Part shown: in pieces, positions 10,144 to 20,072 of the stretch
How positions within the stretch are numbered: the stretch's first letter is position 1
Layout: every line of letters starts with the position of its first letter
IMG/VR virus record: IMGVR_UViG_3300021963_007958
From: a virus
Direction: 5' to 3' (one strand)
DNA: 64,000 nucleotides
Notes under the pieces: model-generated
What the model saw: only the letters and a program-made list of their open reading frames with translations
What the model was told of the DNA's origin: nothing
Databases searched by the model: none
Program-made: the position numbers and the translations under genes

Positions 10144-12449
10144 TTTGGTAAAGCATTAAATACTGTTAGTGGGGATATAGATTTTGAACAGATGTGTTGT
10201 TTATCTGTTCCTTTCCAAATTGGACACCAGTCCCAATCTCCTGCATCAAATATAAAGTTAATGTTTGCCCAGCAAGAATTGCATGCGTGTTCATTTTGAA
10301 TTCTTGTGATGTTTGTTCCAAACTCATGATCTTTTGCGGTGAATCCACTGATCATAACCGTATGCTTTCCTAGGGACCAATTGATCCAAGCTAAACCGGA
10401 ACTTAATCCTATGAGATATTCTGCATGGAATAGAATATTGAAAGAGTCTTCCAGGGATTTACCATGGACACATTTTGCATTTTTAAGGGTATATGGTTTA
10501 TGGGTTAGACATACTACTTCATATCCCTCTTCCACCAACATGTTTGTTAATATTTGCCATCCTTCGTAAGTCCACTCTTTACATCCTGCCGTTGATTCGG
10601 GGGCAATCACAATGTATTTGTTTTGATATGGTTTATCCTTTGGATTGAATTTAATTCCGTAATTTCTTTCTACAAAATCCAATCCTAAAATATCACTTGC
10701 TGTTTTTTGTAATGGTTGAGAGTTCAAAGGATAGGGGTAAGAATCAAACTTATCCCATCTATTTTTATCCGAACGAAACCATCCAACCCTGTAAATTGAA
10801 TCACAATGAGTCTTTTGTCCTGGGCTGATAAATTCAATATCCGAGTAATCTTTGACTCCTTCAAACCAGTTGTTATGAAATGTCGATAAGATTACCTTAC
10901 ATCCATTCTTCTTCGAGAAATCAACAACATAAGGTGCCCATGCTAAGGTGTCCCCAATCGATTTAGACTCAAAAGAGATCAAAACCCTTTTGTTTTTAAG
11001 GGTGAACGTGTCAATAACTTTCCCGTTAACTTTTATAATCCAATCAATGTAATACTTCTTTGAACAAGAACACCACATATTATTAGTTATAGTTTGAGAA
11101 TGAAGAACTTTATCTGTTTTTGAATCGACAAATTCAATTAAATATGCGGCGTCATAATCCCCAAGAATCTCAACTTTTGGACCCTCGAAATAACTCACGT
11201 TGATTGAATTTGTATCTGAGTTTTTATTGTATTCATCGGAGCTGATTTTTTCCATAAAGGCATTAACTTTTTCCTGTCCTATTTTTGCAACAACCTCCCA
11301 TGAAAATTTGTCCCTTAAATCAGAACTTTCAATGACCGCCTTTTCTTTATAGGAATCATAATTCTCGTATACATCTCTCATGACTTCAGATAGATGTCCA
11401 AAATCAGGCTCGTAATAATTTCCTGGAAGTTCACTCATAGTGTACCTTCCATAGTTATTTTTATTTGCAGGTTTTTCTCCCAGAATTTTTACAGGTATTC
11501 CCTTTCCTTCCGCAAACTCCATCTGAGCGCAGCACTCGGAATAAATAGAAGGGGTTCCGCAAGCCATAGCTTCGATAAGTGGTAAATTCCACCCTTCAGA
11601 TCTTGCACAGGAAACAAATACGTGGCCGGTCTTAAGATACTTGATATAATCCTCCCTCGATGGAAAATGTATAATTTTAATCCGGGGGTCGATTAATCCA
11701 TAATTTTGTAAACGTTCTTCGGTCGTCTTAAATCCATCCATTTCTTCACCCCACATGTTATCAATAGACACAATCAAGTCAATAGGTTCTTCAGGGGAGA
11801 AAGTACTAAGAAAGGTTTCAATAATTTCTTTAGTCGATTTTCTATAGTCCCAACGACCCATAAGGAGAAATTTAAATCTATCGTCTCTATATTCTTCAAG
11901 CGGTTCAACCTTTTCCGGGTAAAATGTATGCACATCCACACCTTCGGGGACAACTTTAACTTTATCTGGGTCGGCACCTTGTTCAATAGTACATTCTCTT
12001 TGCCATTTACTCGGAACCCAAATCTCATCAAATTTCAATAGCTGGTTAAAAAAATCATCAGGCTGCCTTGTTGACTCCCATACGTTATATGCAATCTTTG
12101 GACCAATATACTTATCATAATAGAGATGATGATTAGTCTCATTTAACACAATATTAAAGTCTGGTCTAAATTCTTTTTCGGGGGATTCATAAATCTTAAA
12201 ATCCTCCATTTTGCCATCTGCAACCCACAGTCTTTGTTGGTACAACAAAGATTTATCAACCTCGTTTAAATAAGGTTCTCCATCGTGGGGAGTGCTATTC
12301 AGTCCATTCCATGAATTGCCTACGGTAAAATTTCTAACTTTAATTTCCGAATACTTTGAAAGTTCTCTGAAGAAATCCCGGGTGTGATTATTGTACCCGG
12401 TAGTTCCAATATAAGAACCATGTGCATAAATTTTAATCCTATTCTTCAT
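10140..12449 (-). CDS. GT4 glycosyltransferase fused to TibC/Aah-like autotransporter heptosyltransferase domain
   Basis: N-terminal VWES, VPSKWQ, GRWDYRK, EGWNLPLIEAMACGTP; C-terminal SKSIGDTLAW, IGLSSGLAW, ISGFT, CNSCW...WDWCP...CSKSI. Confidence 0.8.
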   Translation of the reverse strand: MKNRIKIYAHGSYIGTTGYNNHTRDFFRELSKYSEIKVRNFTVGNSWNGLNSTPHDGEPYLNEVDKSLLYQQRLWVADGKMEDFKIYESPEKEFRPDFNIVLNETNHHLYYDKYIGPKIAYNVWESTRQPDDFFNQLLKFDEIWVPSKWQRECTIEQGADPDKVKVVPEGVDVHTFYPEKVEPLEEYRDDRFKFLLMGRWDYRKSTKEIIETFLSTFSPEEPIDLIVSIDNMWGEEMDGFKTTEERLQNYGLIDPRIKIIHFPSREDYIKYLKTGHVFVSCARSEGWNLPLIEAMACGTPSIYSECCAQMEFAEGKGIPVKILGEKPANKNNYGRYTMSELPGNYYEPDFGHLSEVMRDVYENYDSYKEKAVIESSDLRDKFSWEVVAKIGQEKVNAFMEKISSDEYNKNSDTNSINVSYFEGPKVEILGDYDAAYLIEFVDSKTDKVLHSQTITNNMWCSCSKKYYIDWIIKVNGKVIDTFTLKNKRVLISFESKSIGDTLAWAPYVVDFSKKNGCKVILSTFHNNWFEGVKDYSDIEFISPGQKTHCDSIYRVGWFRSDKNRWDKFDSYPYPLNSQPLQKTASDILGLDFVERNYGIKFNPKDKPYQNKYIVIAPESTAGCKEWTYEGWQILTNMLVEEGYEVVCLTHKPYTLKNAKCVHGKSLEDSFNILFHAEYLIGLSSGLAWINWSLGKHTVMISGFTAKDHEFGTNITRIQNEHACNSCWANINFIFDAGDWDWCPIWKGTDKQHICSKSISPLTVFNALPK

Positions 12450-12457
12450 AGGGAAAA

Positions 12458-12736
12458 TTACTTCTGTTTAGGAGTGTATATTCCGGTACCAAAGTCCAAA
12501 TCTCCCTCACCATATTTGGATGTAATCTCCTGGACTACTCTAGTTTCTTCCATGCTTAGATCTTCGGAAACCGAGTAAGCTTGATCTAGATCCCCGAGAA
12601 TCTGATCTAAATCTAACTGAGTAAAATGTCTTTTGATGTTAAGTCTTCCTATAGACTCGACGTTGGTCCTAATTCTTTCTCTAAGATCTAGTAGAGAGTT
12701 TAATTCTTCCTGTGAAATTTTTATCTGATCTGACAT
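12458..12736 (-). CDS. Small coiled-coil hypothetical phage protein
   Basis: 92 aa, ends KYGEGDLDFGTGIY. Confidence 0.6.
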   Translation of the reverse strand: MSDQIKISQEELNSLLDLRERIRTNVESIGRLNIKRHFTQLDLDQILGDLDQAYSVSEDLSMEETRVVQEITSKYGEGDLDFGTGIYTPKQK

Positions 12737-12790
12737 ATGAATACTTTTTTATCTTTATTCATATAGAAAAATCGGTAGATAGTTTCAACA

Positions 12791-12816
12791 AAAAAGCTCA
12801 GATTTCTGAGCTTTTT
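12791..12816. terminator. Intrinsic terminator hairpin
   Basis: AAAAAGCTCAGA-TT-TCTGAGCTTTTT just after the stop at 12840. Confidence 0.75.
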
Positions 12817-12839
12817 AAAATATTTTTTGACGATTCATT

Positions 12840-13169
12840 TTACCATCCGGTGAGAATAGTTCTCTTCCAAGTGTCTGTTCCAACACAAACATAAAGCCAG
12901 TCTGAGTCGAGAGCCAATTGCCCAGTTGCTCCAGTGGCTCCTGAAGATCCTGGCGGGATGTCAGTAACTAAATAAGTTCCGGTTGGACCTACCGGTCCAG
13001 TGGGTCCAGTTCCCCCAAAATATTCTAAGTTAATCCAAGGAGTCTGTCCGTCTCCGATCTTTGCATATCCCGTATTTAGCTCGTAACCAAATTCTCCTTG
13101 CAGAAGGATAGGATTATTTGAAGTCCAGTTGGACGATGTGTCTCTTCTAATTTGTATTCTATATGCCAT
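12840..13169 (-). CDS. Mtd_N/hyaluronidase-N-like short fibre protein with collagen-like GPT/GAT repeats
   Basis: RIQIRRDTSSNWTSNNPILLQGEFGYELNTGYAKIGDGQTPW, then GGTGPTGPVGPTG and GATGATG. Confidence 0.8.
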   Translation of the reverse strand: MAYRIQIRRDTSSNWTSNNPILLQGEFGYELNTGYAKIGDGQTPWINLEYFGGTGPTGPVGPTGTYLVTDIPPGSSGATGATGQLALDSDWLYVCVGTDTWKRTILTGW

Positions 13170-13171
13170 TT

Positions 13172-13486
13172 TTACAATTGATTTAGTAATCTTGTCTGAG
13201 TTGGAAATTCTCCCCCGATGATAGGGCCATAGAACTGAGCAGTTCCGTCTTCCGATGTTCCTCCATCCAAGATGTCTCTAAAATTATTTTCCACTGAGAT
13301 CTGCTTAGTCCAAAAATTTCCAAAAGTCGAATAATTTCTAGTCTCAGTTCTTGCGGACTTCTTGACATAGTTATTTTCGGTTCCAATAAAATAGAGGGTG
13401 TCAGAAGTCTGGCTGCTGGATCCATCAATGATCCTAACAGAGAGTCCCGGTTCTAATATTGGGTTATTTGGAAAATTATTAGCCAT
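13172..13486 (-). CDS. Hypothetical, probably virion protein
   Basis: ORF behind AATATATA box (13507-13514), adjacent to fibre gene. Confidence 0.5.
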   Translation of the reverse strand: MANNFPNNPILEPGLSVRIIDGSSSQTSDTLYFIGTENNYVKKSARTETRNYSTFGNFWTKQISVENNFRDILDGGTSEDGTAQFYGPIIGGEFPTQTRLLNQL

Positions 13487-13538
13487 AATACAATTCAGTA
13501 TTTTTCTATATATTCAATCTTTCAAGAAAAATCCAGGA

Positions 13539-14288
13539 CTAAAATAAACTAGAATTACCCGGCAAATTTGTCTGTTCGTCTGTCGATATCTTTAATCTAA
13601 TTCCAGCCTGCATTAAATTTCCTCTAAATCTTTCCGTCTCGAGATCTTTTTGAGGATAGTAAGTTTCAACTGCAACACTAAATGTGGTTTCTATCCATTT
13701 TTGGGTGTTTTGGTAGCTAAACTCTAATTGCTTATCATTTTGATATTGCTCGGGAAATCCAACTTGAACTGGAACTCTCATCCCTCCAAATTCGACACTG
13801 AAGCTGAAAACCTTATAGAAAACTTGGATTACTGCCTGAAATATTTTAAAAGTATCTAAAAGTGTATCTGCCCTTAGCTTAACATCGAAAGTCATCGAGA
13901 GCGGAATAGAAGTTGTGTATGCAGAATATGCTTTCATCTGGCCCTGGACATCCTCCACGTTATATGTTGCTCTAACAAATCCGCTAGTTAGAGATGCAGT
14001 CTCAATATTAACTCCAGTTAGTGTAACAATTCCTCGGGGAATAATATCATAGTTCCCCTCTGCAAATGGGGACTGTCCATCGCAGTCTAAATAGTCAAGG
14101 TAAAAGTCCTGAAGGAAAGTCTCGTCCCCTGACATCGAGTAAAAGAATGGGATGTAGACCTGGAGAATTTGCTGTTGTTGATTGATCTGAGTATATGTAA
14201 CCCTCTCGTTTAAATTCCTCAGCAGACCAACGATTATTCCTCTTAAGAATACCTCATCAACGTTATATTTTTCTAAAAATCCTGACAT
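13539..14288 (-). CDS. Tail sheath stabiliser/terminator (T4 gp15-like)
   Basis: VYIPFFY...IIPRG...SIPLSMTFDV...IFQAVIQVFY; start reassigned to ATG 14288 just after the upstream stop. Confidence 0.6.
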   Translation of the reverse strand: MSGFLEKYNVDEVFLRGIIVGLLRNLNERVTYTQINQQQQILQVYIPFFYSMSGDETFLQDFYLDYLDCDGQSPFAEGNYDIIPRGIVTLTGVNIETASLTSGFVRATYNVEDVQGQMKAYSAYTTSIPLSMTFDVKLRADTLLDTFKIFQAVIQVFYKVFSFSVEFGGMRVPVQVGFPEQYQNDKQLEFSYQNTQKWIETTFSVAVETYYPQKDLETERFRGNLMQAGIRLKISTDEQTNLPGNSSLF

Positions 14289-14289
14289 A

Positions 14290-15162
14290 TTATGATACAA
14301 TTACAAAGTTTGTTTTAGTGATGCTAGATGACCCGTTTGCATTAGTTGCAGTTAGTGTAACGGTATAAGAACCAGTTGCTCCAAAAGAGACTAGGGGATT
14401 TTGAGCTGTTGCTCCAGTTGCACCTGCACATGCTCCAGTTCCTCCAAAGTTCCAAGACCAAGATGTTGGTTGTACTGTGGTTGGGGTTCGAACGGAAAGA
14501 TCCAAAAATCCGACAGTTCCTCCCAATGAAATTGCAGTCCCCCCAGTCTGTCCAAAATAAGTGGAGAAATTTGGATAAGGAGGCATAGGAAGCATTCCTT
14601 TTTGAGTTTGAACTCCGGAGGGGGTAAGTGGAAAATTCGGAGCCCCTATTGGAACATTATCGAGCCTTCCTGGAATAGTTTGAACTATAACAGGAACTTC
14701 TGCATATCTAAAATACAATGGAGTGTTCTCCATTGTTGTATAAACTGGGTGCTGGAAAGAGTTATTCTCGTATTCGGTTTGGGTAAGACCGTAAACACTA
14801 TTCTGTTTCATTCCAAGTTGAGTTGCACAATCAGAAGAAGTAATTGGTCCTAAAGTTCTAACTACAACAAAAGAATAGAGTTTTTCATCTCCTGCTGGAA
14901 TATAAGTGTTCTCGTACTGGGCAAAGAAAATTGAGTAGGTCTGAACTGAAGTCTGAGCGTAGACCGGGTTTCCTTTAGAGTTGGTTTCCGGGACATATTC
15001 AGTAGCAACTACAGGAAGTGGTTTCAAATAACCAATTCCGAGAAGACCTTTACCTTGGGTGTTGGGTTCAACCATTGTAGCTTGAACAGCAGTAAGTCCT
15101 TTCTTCTTCAGATCGGACTTAGTTACTTGTAAATTTTGATTTCTGCTATATAGTGGCTTCAA
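14290..15162 (-). CDS. Virion protein with C-terminal PKD domain
   Basis: PTSWSWNFG...QNPLVSFGATGSYTVTLTATNANGS; GATATATA box at 15183-15190; TTG start uncertain. Confidence 0.7.
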   Translation of the reverse strand: MKPLYSRNQNLQVTKSDLKKKGLTAVQATMVEPNTQGKGLLGIGYLKPLPVVATEYVPETNSKGNPVYAQTSVQTYSIFFAQYENTYIPAGDEKLYSFVVVRTLGPITSSDCATQLGMKQNSVYGLTQTEYENNSFQHPVYTTMENTPLYFRYAEVPVIVQTIPGRLDNVPIGAPNFPLTPSGVQTQKGMLPMPPYPNFSTYFGQTGGTAISLGGTVGFLDLSVRTPTTVQPTSWSWNFGGTGACAGATGATAQNPLVSFGATGSYTVTLTATNANGSSSITKTNFVIVS

Positions 15163-15204
15163 TGTTCCAGACTTATTTCCACTATATATCTGGATGGAAA
15201 GAAG

Positions 15205-16869
15205 TTAGAATTTGTCTATCGAAATAGAAGAGAAATTGTTTGCTTTAGCAACCTCTAACTTCCAGTCGAAGATCTCGTGTGGCATTGGAGCGTGGTTTAT
15301 AACAAAGATGTTCAACCCTAGTTCTTTACACACAGATCTTAAAATTCTTAGAATGGAGTGAACCCCATCGGGATCCACTGAGCTAAATAGCTCGTCTAAG
15401 AAGAGGAGGTTGATGCTACTGAACTTCATCTTCATTAGCTTCATGATAGCTATCAGAACCACAAAGTCGACTTTTTTCATTTCCCCTGTACTTAAAGTTT
15501 GAGTTGGAATTTCTACCCCCATGTGGTAGATTGTAGCATTAAATTCCTCGTCAAAGATTACTTGATAGTCCAAGTGCATCTTCCCAAGAAGTTCCAGGAT
15601 CTCAGAATTGAGAGATGGAAGGATAGTTTTAATTGCCATTTGTTTAACCCCTTTCTCCCCTAAAATTTCGTCTAGAGTTCTAAGCCAGTTATTCTTCTCT
15701 TGATTCTTGAAAGATTCCATTTCCATTTTTTCTCTTTCTCCTTGAAGATTGTCTACAATTCTCTGTAAAGACTGAAGCTGCTTATCATTAGAAGACTCGT
15801 TTAGAGACTTGAGGTCCCTTCTAATTTCACCTATCTTCATTTCAATTTTCTTACCCTTATCCATGATGTCTCTCTTGGTTGCAGACAAGTCCCTCTCCTT
15901 CTGTTTTAGATCTGACATTAGGGTGTTTGACTCCTCCAGCTGTCGAGAGACAGAAGATTGATCTGCAATTAGACCGTCTTTAATACAGTGGTGAAATTCA
16001 GAATCTAGAGAGGTCTGACAAGTTGGGCATTGGTCCAGTTCATAGAGTTTAATCTTCTTTTGAACTTCCTGAAGTTTAGTTCTAGATTCAATAACAAGTC
16101 TTTGGGTGTTAGTGATTTCCGAATTGAGTTCATTTTCAATCTCTCTAAACTCATCCGTCTTCTGATTATGAAGAACTTGTAGTCCCTCAAAAGTTTCTAG
16201 AGACTTCTGAAGTTCTTCCTTCTTAGATGAGGATTCCTCCTCAATCTGGTTGGCAAGGTTCTCCATCTCATTTAAGGAACTTTGGATCGTAGACTCAACA
16301 GAAGAAAGTCTTCCCCCTAAATTTTCCATAGACTCTCTGATCTTTCTATTTTCTTCCTTAAGAAGATCCCTCATTTGGTTAAGAACGTGGAATCCAAAGA
16401 TCTTGTCTATGATGCTTCTTTTGTCCTGTGAGGACATTTTGATAAAAGACTTAAAATCATTAATTGAAAGGGAGATCGTGTTGTTAAACACATAGTATGG
16501 AATTCCTAGAATGTCTTCTGATAGATAATCTTGAACTGATCTAACTCCAGCCTGATCATATTCAACCCCATTGATGTAGAGTCGAAATAAATTTGGTTCT
16601 AGTCCTCTCTCAACTACAATTTCTGAACCATTGGAATCTAGAGTTATTTTCACCCAAGCATTGCCGTTAATTCTATTTGGGATATCTTTAAGTTTTTTAC
16701 CTTCCAATTTCCCATAAAGTCCAAACGTAATAACTTGAGAGATGGAAGATTTTCCTGCACCGTTTTCTCCAACAACTTGATAAAGACAAGCTTCGTCTTC
16801 AAATTCTATTTCTTGTTTTCTGTTACCGTAAGAGGAGAAGTTTCTCCATTCAATCTTCTTAATTCTCAT
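15205..16869 (-). CDS. Recombination ATPase gp46/SbcC/Rad50-like
   Basis: Walker A GENGAGKS, coiled coil with CPTC zinc hook, LSTGE signature, LFLDE. Confidence 0.93.
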   Translation of the reverse strand: MRIKKIEWRNFSSYGNRKQEIEFEDEACLYQVVGENGAGKSSISQVITFGLYGKLEGKKLKDIPNRINGNAWVKITLDSNGSEIVVERGLEPNLFRLYINGVEYDQAGVRSVQDYLSEDILGIPYYVFNNTISLSINDFKSFIKMSSQDKRSIIDKIFGFHVLNQMRDLLKEENRKIRESMENLGGRLSSVESTIQSSLNEMENLANQIEEESSSKKEELQKSLETFEGLQVLHNQKTDEFREIENELNSEITNTQRLVIESRTKLQEVQKKIKLYELDQCPTCQTSLDSEFHHCIKDGLIADQSSVSRQLEESNTLMSDLKQKERDLSATKRDIMDKGKKIEMKIGEIRRDLKSLNESSNDKQLQSLQRIVDNLQGEREKMEMESFKNQEKNNWLRTLDEILGEKGVKQMAIKTILPSLNSEILELLGKMHLDYQVIFDEEFNATIYHMGVEIPTQTLSTGEMKKVDFVVLIAIMKLMKMKFSSINLLFLDELFSSVDPDGVHSILRILRSVCKELGLNIFVINHAPMPHEIFDWKLEVAKANNFSSISIDKF

Positions 16870-17987
16870 AATCTATTTTCTTGATCCTTTTCTACTATCA
16901 TTTTATAGAGTTTTTCTAGGCTTCCGACCAATTTATCTTTTGTTGGGTCATCATACTCCATTCCCTTTACGTATTCCTTTACAAAGTCCATTACGCTGAA
17001 TTGCCTTCCGTCTGTATCATAGATCTGAGATGAAAGAGAGTTCGCTTGATTTGGGTCGTATGGATGGAATCCTAATTTTCTCTGGGTGGAAATACTATCA
17101 GTTAGGATATTCAGAGGAGCTTTTAGAGCCATCTTTGGGTCGATCATAATGTCGACGAAGTTGTTTCTAAACTCGGGTTCTAGCTGTTCGATTGTCATTT
17201 CTAGAATTTGATCAAACAAGAACTTCTTAAATTTTGGAGAGAAGTTGTTGATGAATTTAGTCTCTTCTCCAGACTGGAGATCCAACATCGTAACTGACTT
17301 TGGGTTTCCCATATCAGATCTGGTCAGCTCATAAGGACTTCCAAGCATGTGAATATTATTTACAACTTGAGCATAGTGGATGTGACCAGAATAAACGGTC
17401 TTAAACTTCTTAAACTTCTTAGAATCCGCTCCTTCTTCGACAGTTACATATCTGTTAAATTTTAGGCCTCTGATGTCTGCATGACAGCATAGGTAGTCAT
17501 GAGGTCCAGCAGAATCTAGGAATTCTTCTTCTGTTGCATGATCTTTTCTCCAAGGCATCATTAAGAATTTTTTATCTCCAAGAACTAGAGTTTCCGGATC
17601 TTGAAAGATCTCAACTCCAGGAACCCATTTTAAAGATTTAAGTGAATTTACATCGTTGGTCGTTTTCCCCCAGATATCGTGGTTTCCCACAATAACATAA
17701 ACTCCGTCTTTAAATACATTAGATAGTTCTTCAGCAACGTCAACCCCAAGATTTAGAACTTTAAGGTTAACGCTCTGCCTAGAATCATACCAGTCTCCCA
17801 AATGAACTAGAACATCACCAGGTCTATAATTCTCTTTGACCAAAGGGATGAACCAGTCAAAGAAGTAATCTCTCATGATTTCAATCCACTCGTTAGACGA
17901 ATTTCTAACCCCAAAGTGAGTGTCGGTAATAAACCAAACTCTCTTTGCTTCGGGATTTAAATTTCTTTTACTTCCCAATCCTGCCAT
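16866..17987 (-). CDS. Recombination nuclease gp47/SbcD/Mre11-like
   Basis: TDTHFG, HLGDWYD, VGNHD, SGHIH metallophosphoesterase motifs; next to gp46. Confidence 0.92.
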   Translation of the reverse strand: MAGLGSKRNLNPEAKRVWFITDTHFGVRNSSNEWIEIMRDYFFDWFIPLVKENYRPGDVLVHLGDWYDSRQSVNLKVLNLGVDVAEELSNVFKDGVYVIVGNHDIWGKTTNDVNSLKSLKWVPGVEIFQDPETLVLGDKKFLMMPWRKDHATEEEFLDSAGPHDYLCCHADIRGLKFNRYVTVEEGADSKKFKKFKTVYSGHIHYAQVVNNIHMLGSPYELTRSDMGNPKSVTMLDLQSGEETKFINNFSPKFKKFLFDQILEMTIEQLEPEFRNNFVDIMIDPKMALKAPLNILTDSISTQRKLGFHPYDPNQANSLSSQIYDTDGRQFSVMDFVKEYVKGMEYDDPTKDKLVGSLEKLYKMIVEKDQENRL

Positions 17988-17990
17988 AAT

Positions 17991-18485
17991 TTAAAATAAT
18001 CTTTTAATTCTTCTTTTAGATAAAACGCTAAACTTTGTCTCTAACTCGTTGATGATTACCTCTTTGTATTTTACAGGTATCAACTCATATGCCTTTAAAT
18101 AAGGAATGGAAACAAAGTCACAAATAACTACGAATTTTTCAGAAAATGAAAATTCTGTTCCTTCTAGCTTTTCCAGAACATCTTGGAAAAGATGAGGGAC
18201 CAGATCCTTTGGAATTTTTTTCTTATACGAAAGAGGATACCATCTAGAAGATTGAAATGCTTCATAAACAGTTTCTTCTAGCTTCTTTCTGTGTAGATAC
18301 TCTTCTTCGTCGTAGCTGTCTTCTAAAAGTCTGTGTCCAGAATCCATGTCGAAGCTTTCCCTAAAGTCGTTAGAGGTAGCTGAGTTATTGTGGGCGCCAA
18401 AGATCTTATCTCCGAGCTGCACCTTCTTTGGATCTGCCGAGTTTTCCTCAACTTCCTCCGGTTCTTCTTTCTTATTATTCCACAT
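17991..18485 (-). CDS. Hypothetical protein
   Basis: 164-aa ORF tiling the replication operon. Confidence 0.6.
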   Translation of the reverse strand: MWNNKKEEPEEVEENSADPKKVQLGDKIFGAHNNSATSNDFRESFDMDSGHRLLEDSYDEEEYLHRKKLEETVYEAFQSSRWYPLSYKKKIPKDLVPHLFQDVLEKLEGTEFSFSEKFVVICDFVSIPYLKAYELIPVKYKEVIINELETKFSVLSKRRIKRLF

Positions 18486-19773
18486 GAATCGGATCGCTGT
18501 TTTCTACTATTCTCATGTAATTGTAATCGACGTTGAACATCTTGTGAGAGTTCTTATATCCGTCATCACGGTTAGCTATCAATTTCAGTTTATATTCTCT
18601 GTTTGCATACATGATAGGATCTTGGATAATTCCAAAGAGTCCGTCTACAGTTGCAACTAGTCCAGAGGATTCTGCTGCTGAAGTTATTGTTAAGTCTGTT
18701 GAATCGAAATCCCCTTGTTTGGTCTGAGTAGCAGTTAAAATTGCCCACTCGTTCGCCATTGCAATACCTCTTAAATCCTCAGCAATCTGCTTGATCTTCA
18801 TGTAGGTGTTTTCGGAGTTTGGATTTCTCCAGTTTTTTAAAATGTTAATATAGTCGATCACCACAACCTTGAATTTGATTCCATGATGTTCTTCGACCTT
18901 CTTTAAATATCTCTCAATATCCAAAACTGAAGCCTGTGAGGTTGGAAATTCCTTAATCCAAATCTTTCCAGGAACCTGAAGATTATCAAACTGAACGTTT
19001 GCAATTTTCTTCTTTAGAAGCTGGGTGTCGTTTGCAGCATTGTTATAATCTCCAATTGGAATGCTCAACATATTAGAACCAATTCTCTTGGCATATTTCC
19101 TGTCGTTCATCTCGAGGGTGATAATTGCCACATTGTTTCCCATCTTAGATGCTTGGATAGCCAAATTACCCAGCCACAGTGACTTTCCGACTTTGGGCAT
19201 TCCCATGAAGACGTACAGAGACTTTGCTGAAAATCCTCCACCCAGTACAGTGTCAATGAACGGGAAACCCGATTTGAACGTGTTGTGACTTAACTGTTTA
19301 TGGCTTTCTGGATTGAAGAAATCTAGTCCTTCGTCAAAGGAGAAATCTAAATTATTTCTCTCTACGACAATATTCTTAAAGGTGTTAATCACCTCTTTAA
19401 TATTCTCGGCTGTGACTGGGGTTTTTTGGATATACTGAACTGCATCAACTGCAGATTTAGTTAGGTTTTTATACTCGATGAAACACTCGGTAGTTTCTGT
19501 TAGCCAGTCTTCTTGATAGGATGTAAGTTCGATATTGTAGATTGCATCGATCTCTGACAATTCCACTTTATCTGTTACTCCTTCTAGCTTTGCAGATTCT
19601 TTCATCTGCTCTCTCGAGGGGATCTCATTGTACTTGTCCCAGAACTTCTTAGCTAGTTTATGAATCTCTCCAAAAGAATTATTTTTGAAGAATTCGGGTC
19701 TAGCATTCTCCAAATATATTGGATTGCTTAGAATGTTTCTGAGAATGATATTTTCTGAATAGGATAATTCCAT
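18475..19773 (-). CDS. Replicative DnaB-like helicase (T4 gp41-like)
   Basis: GMPKVGKS, ITLEM, IKEFPT, VIDYINIL, KQIAEDLRGIA, TATQ, AESSGL. Confidence 0.92.
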   Translation of the reverse strand: MELSYSENIILRNILSNPIYLENARPEFFKNNSFGEIHKLAKKFWDKYNEIPSREQMKESAKLEGVTDKVELSEIDAIYNIELTSYQEDWLTETTECFIEYKNLTKSAVDAVQYIQKTPVTAENIKEVINTFKNIVVERNNLDFSFDEGLDFFNPESHKQLSHNTFKSGFPFIDTVLGGGFSAKSLYVFMGMPKVGKSLWLGNLAIQASKMGNNVAIITLEMNDRKYAKRIGSNMLSIPIGDYNNAANDTQLLKKKIANVQFDNLQVPGKIWIKEFPTSQASVLDIERYLKKVEEHHGIKFKVVVIDYINILKNWRNPNSENTYMKIKQIAEDLRGIAMANEWAILTATQTKQGDFDSTDLTITSAAESSGLVATVDGLFGIIQDPIMYANREYKLKLIANRDDGYKNSHKMFNVDYNYMRIVENSDPIHVE

Positions 19774-20072
19774 TAATTATAATAGGGGTTATTTTTGATT
19801 TTGTACCACACCTTTGGAGAAACTTTTTTAGTGTCAACTTCAAATTCTCCGGTTTCGATCATTTCGTCAACAATCTGTTTAAATTTAGTCTCCTCCCAAT
19901 TTGGTCCAAAAGGTGCTTTTAAGGTCTGAAGTGAAAAACTTCCATTGGGTCTACCGTCCTTCATTAGATAGACGTTCAGTTCATAGATAACGTCTTCTTT
20001 TGTGGGGTAGTCTGGCATAGTTCGCCAGAGATTCATTAAATATTTAAACTTGATCTTATTCTTGTTCATCAC
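19773..20072 (-). CDS. Hypothetical protein (possibly winged-helix-like)
   Basis: 99 aa between uvsX and helicase. Confidence 0.55.
   Translation of the reverse strand: MMNKNKIKFKYLMNLWRTMPDYPTKEDVIYELNVYLMKDGRPNGSFSLQTLKAPFGPNWEETKFKQIVDEMIETGEFEVDTKKVSPKVWYKIKNNPYYN

Noticed and set aside
12840-13169. Diversity-generating retroelement suggested by the Mtd_N domain
   Set aside because: No reverse transcriptase, C-type lectin variable region or TR/VR repeat pair in the window.
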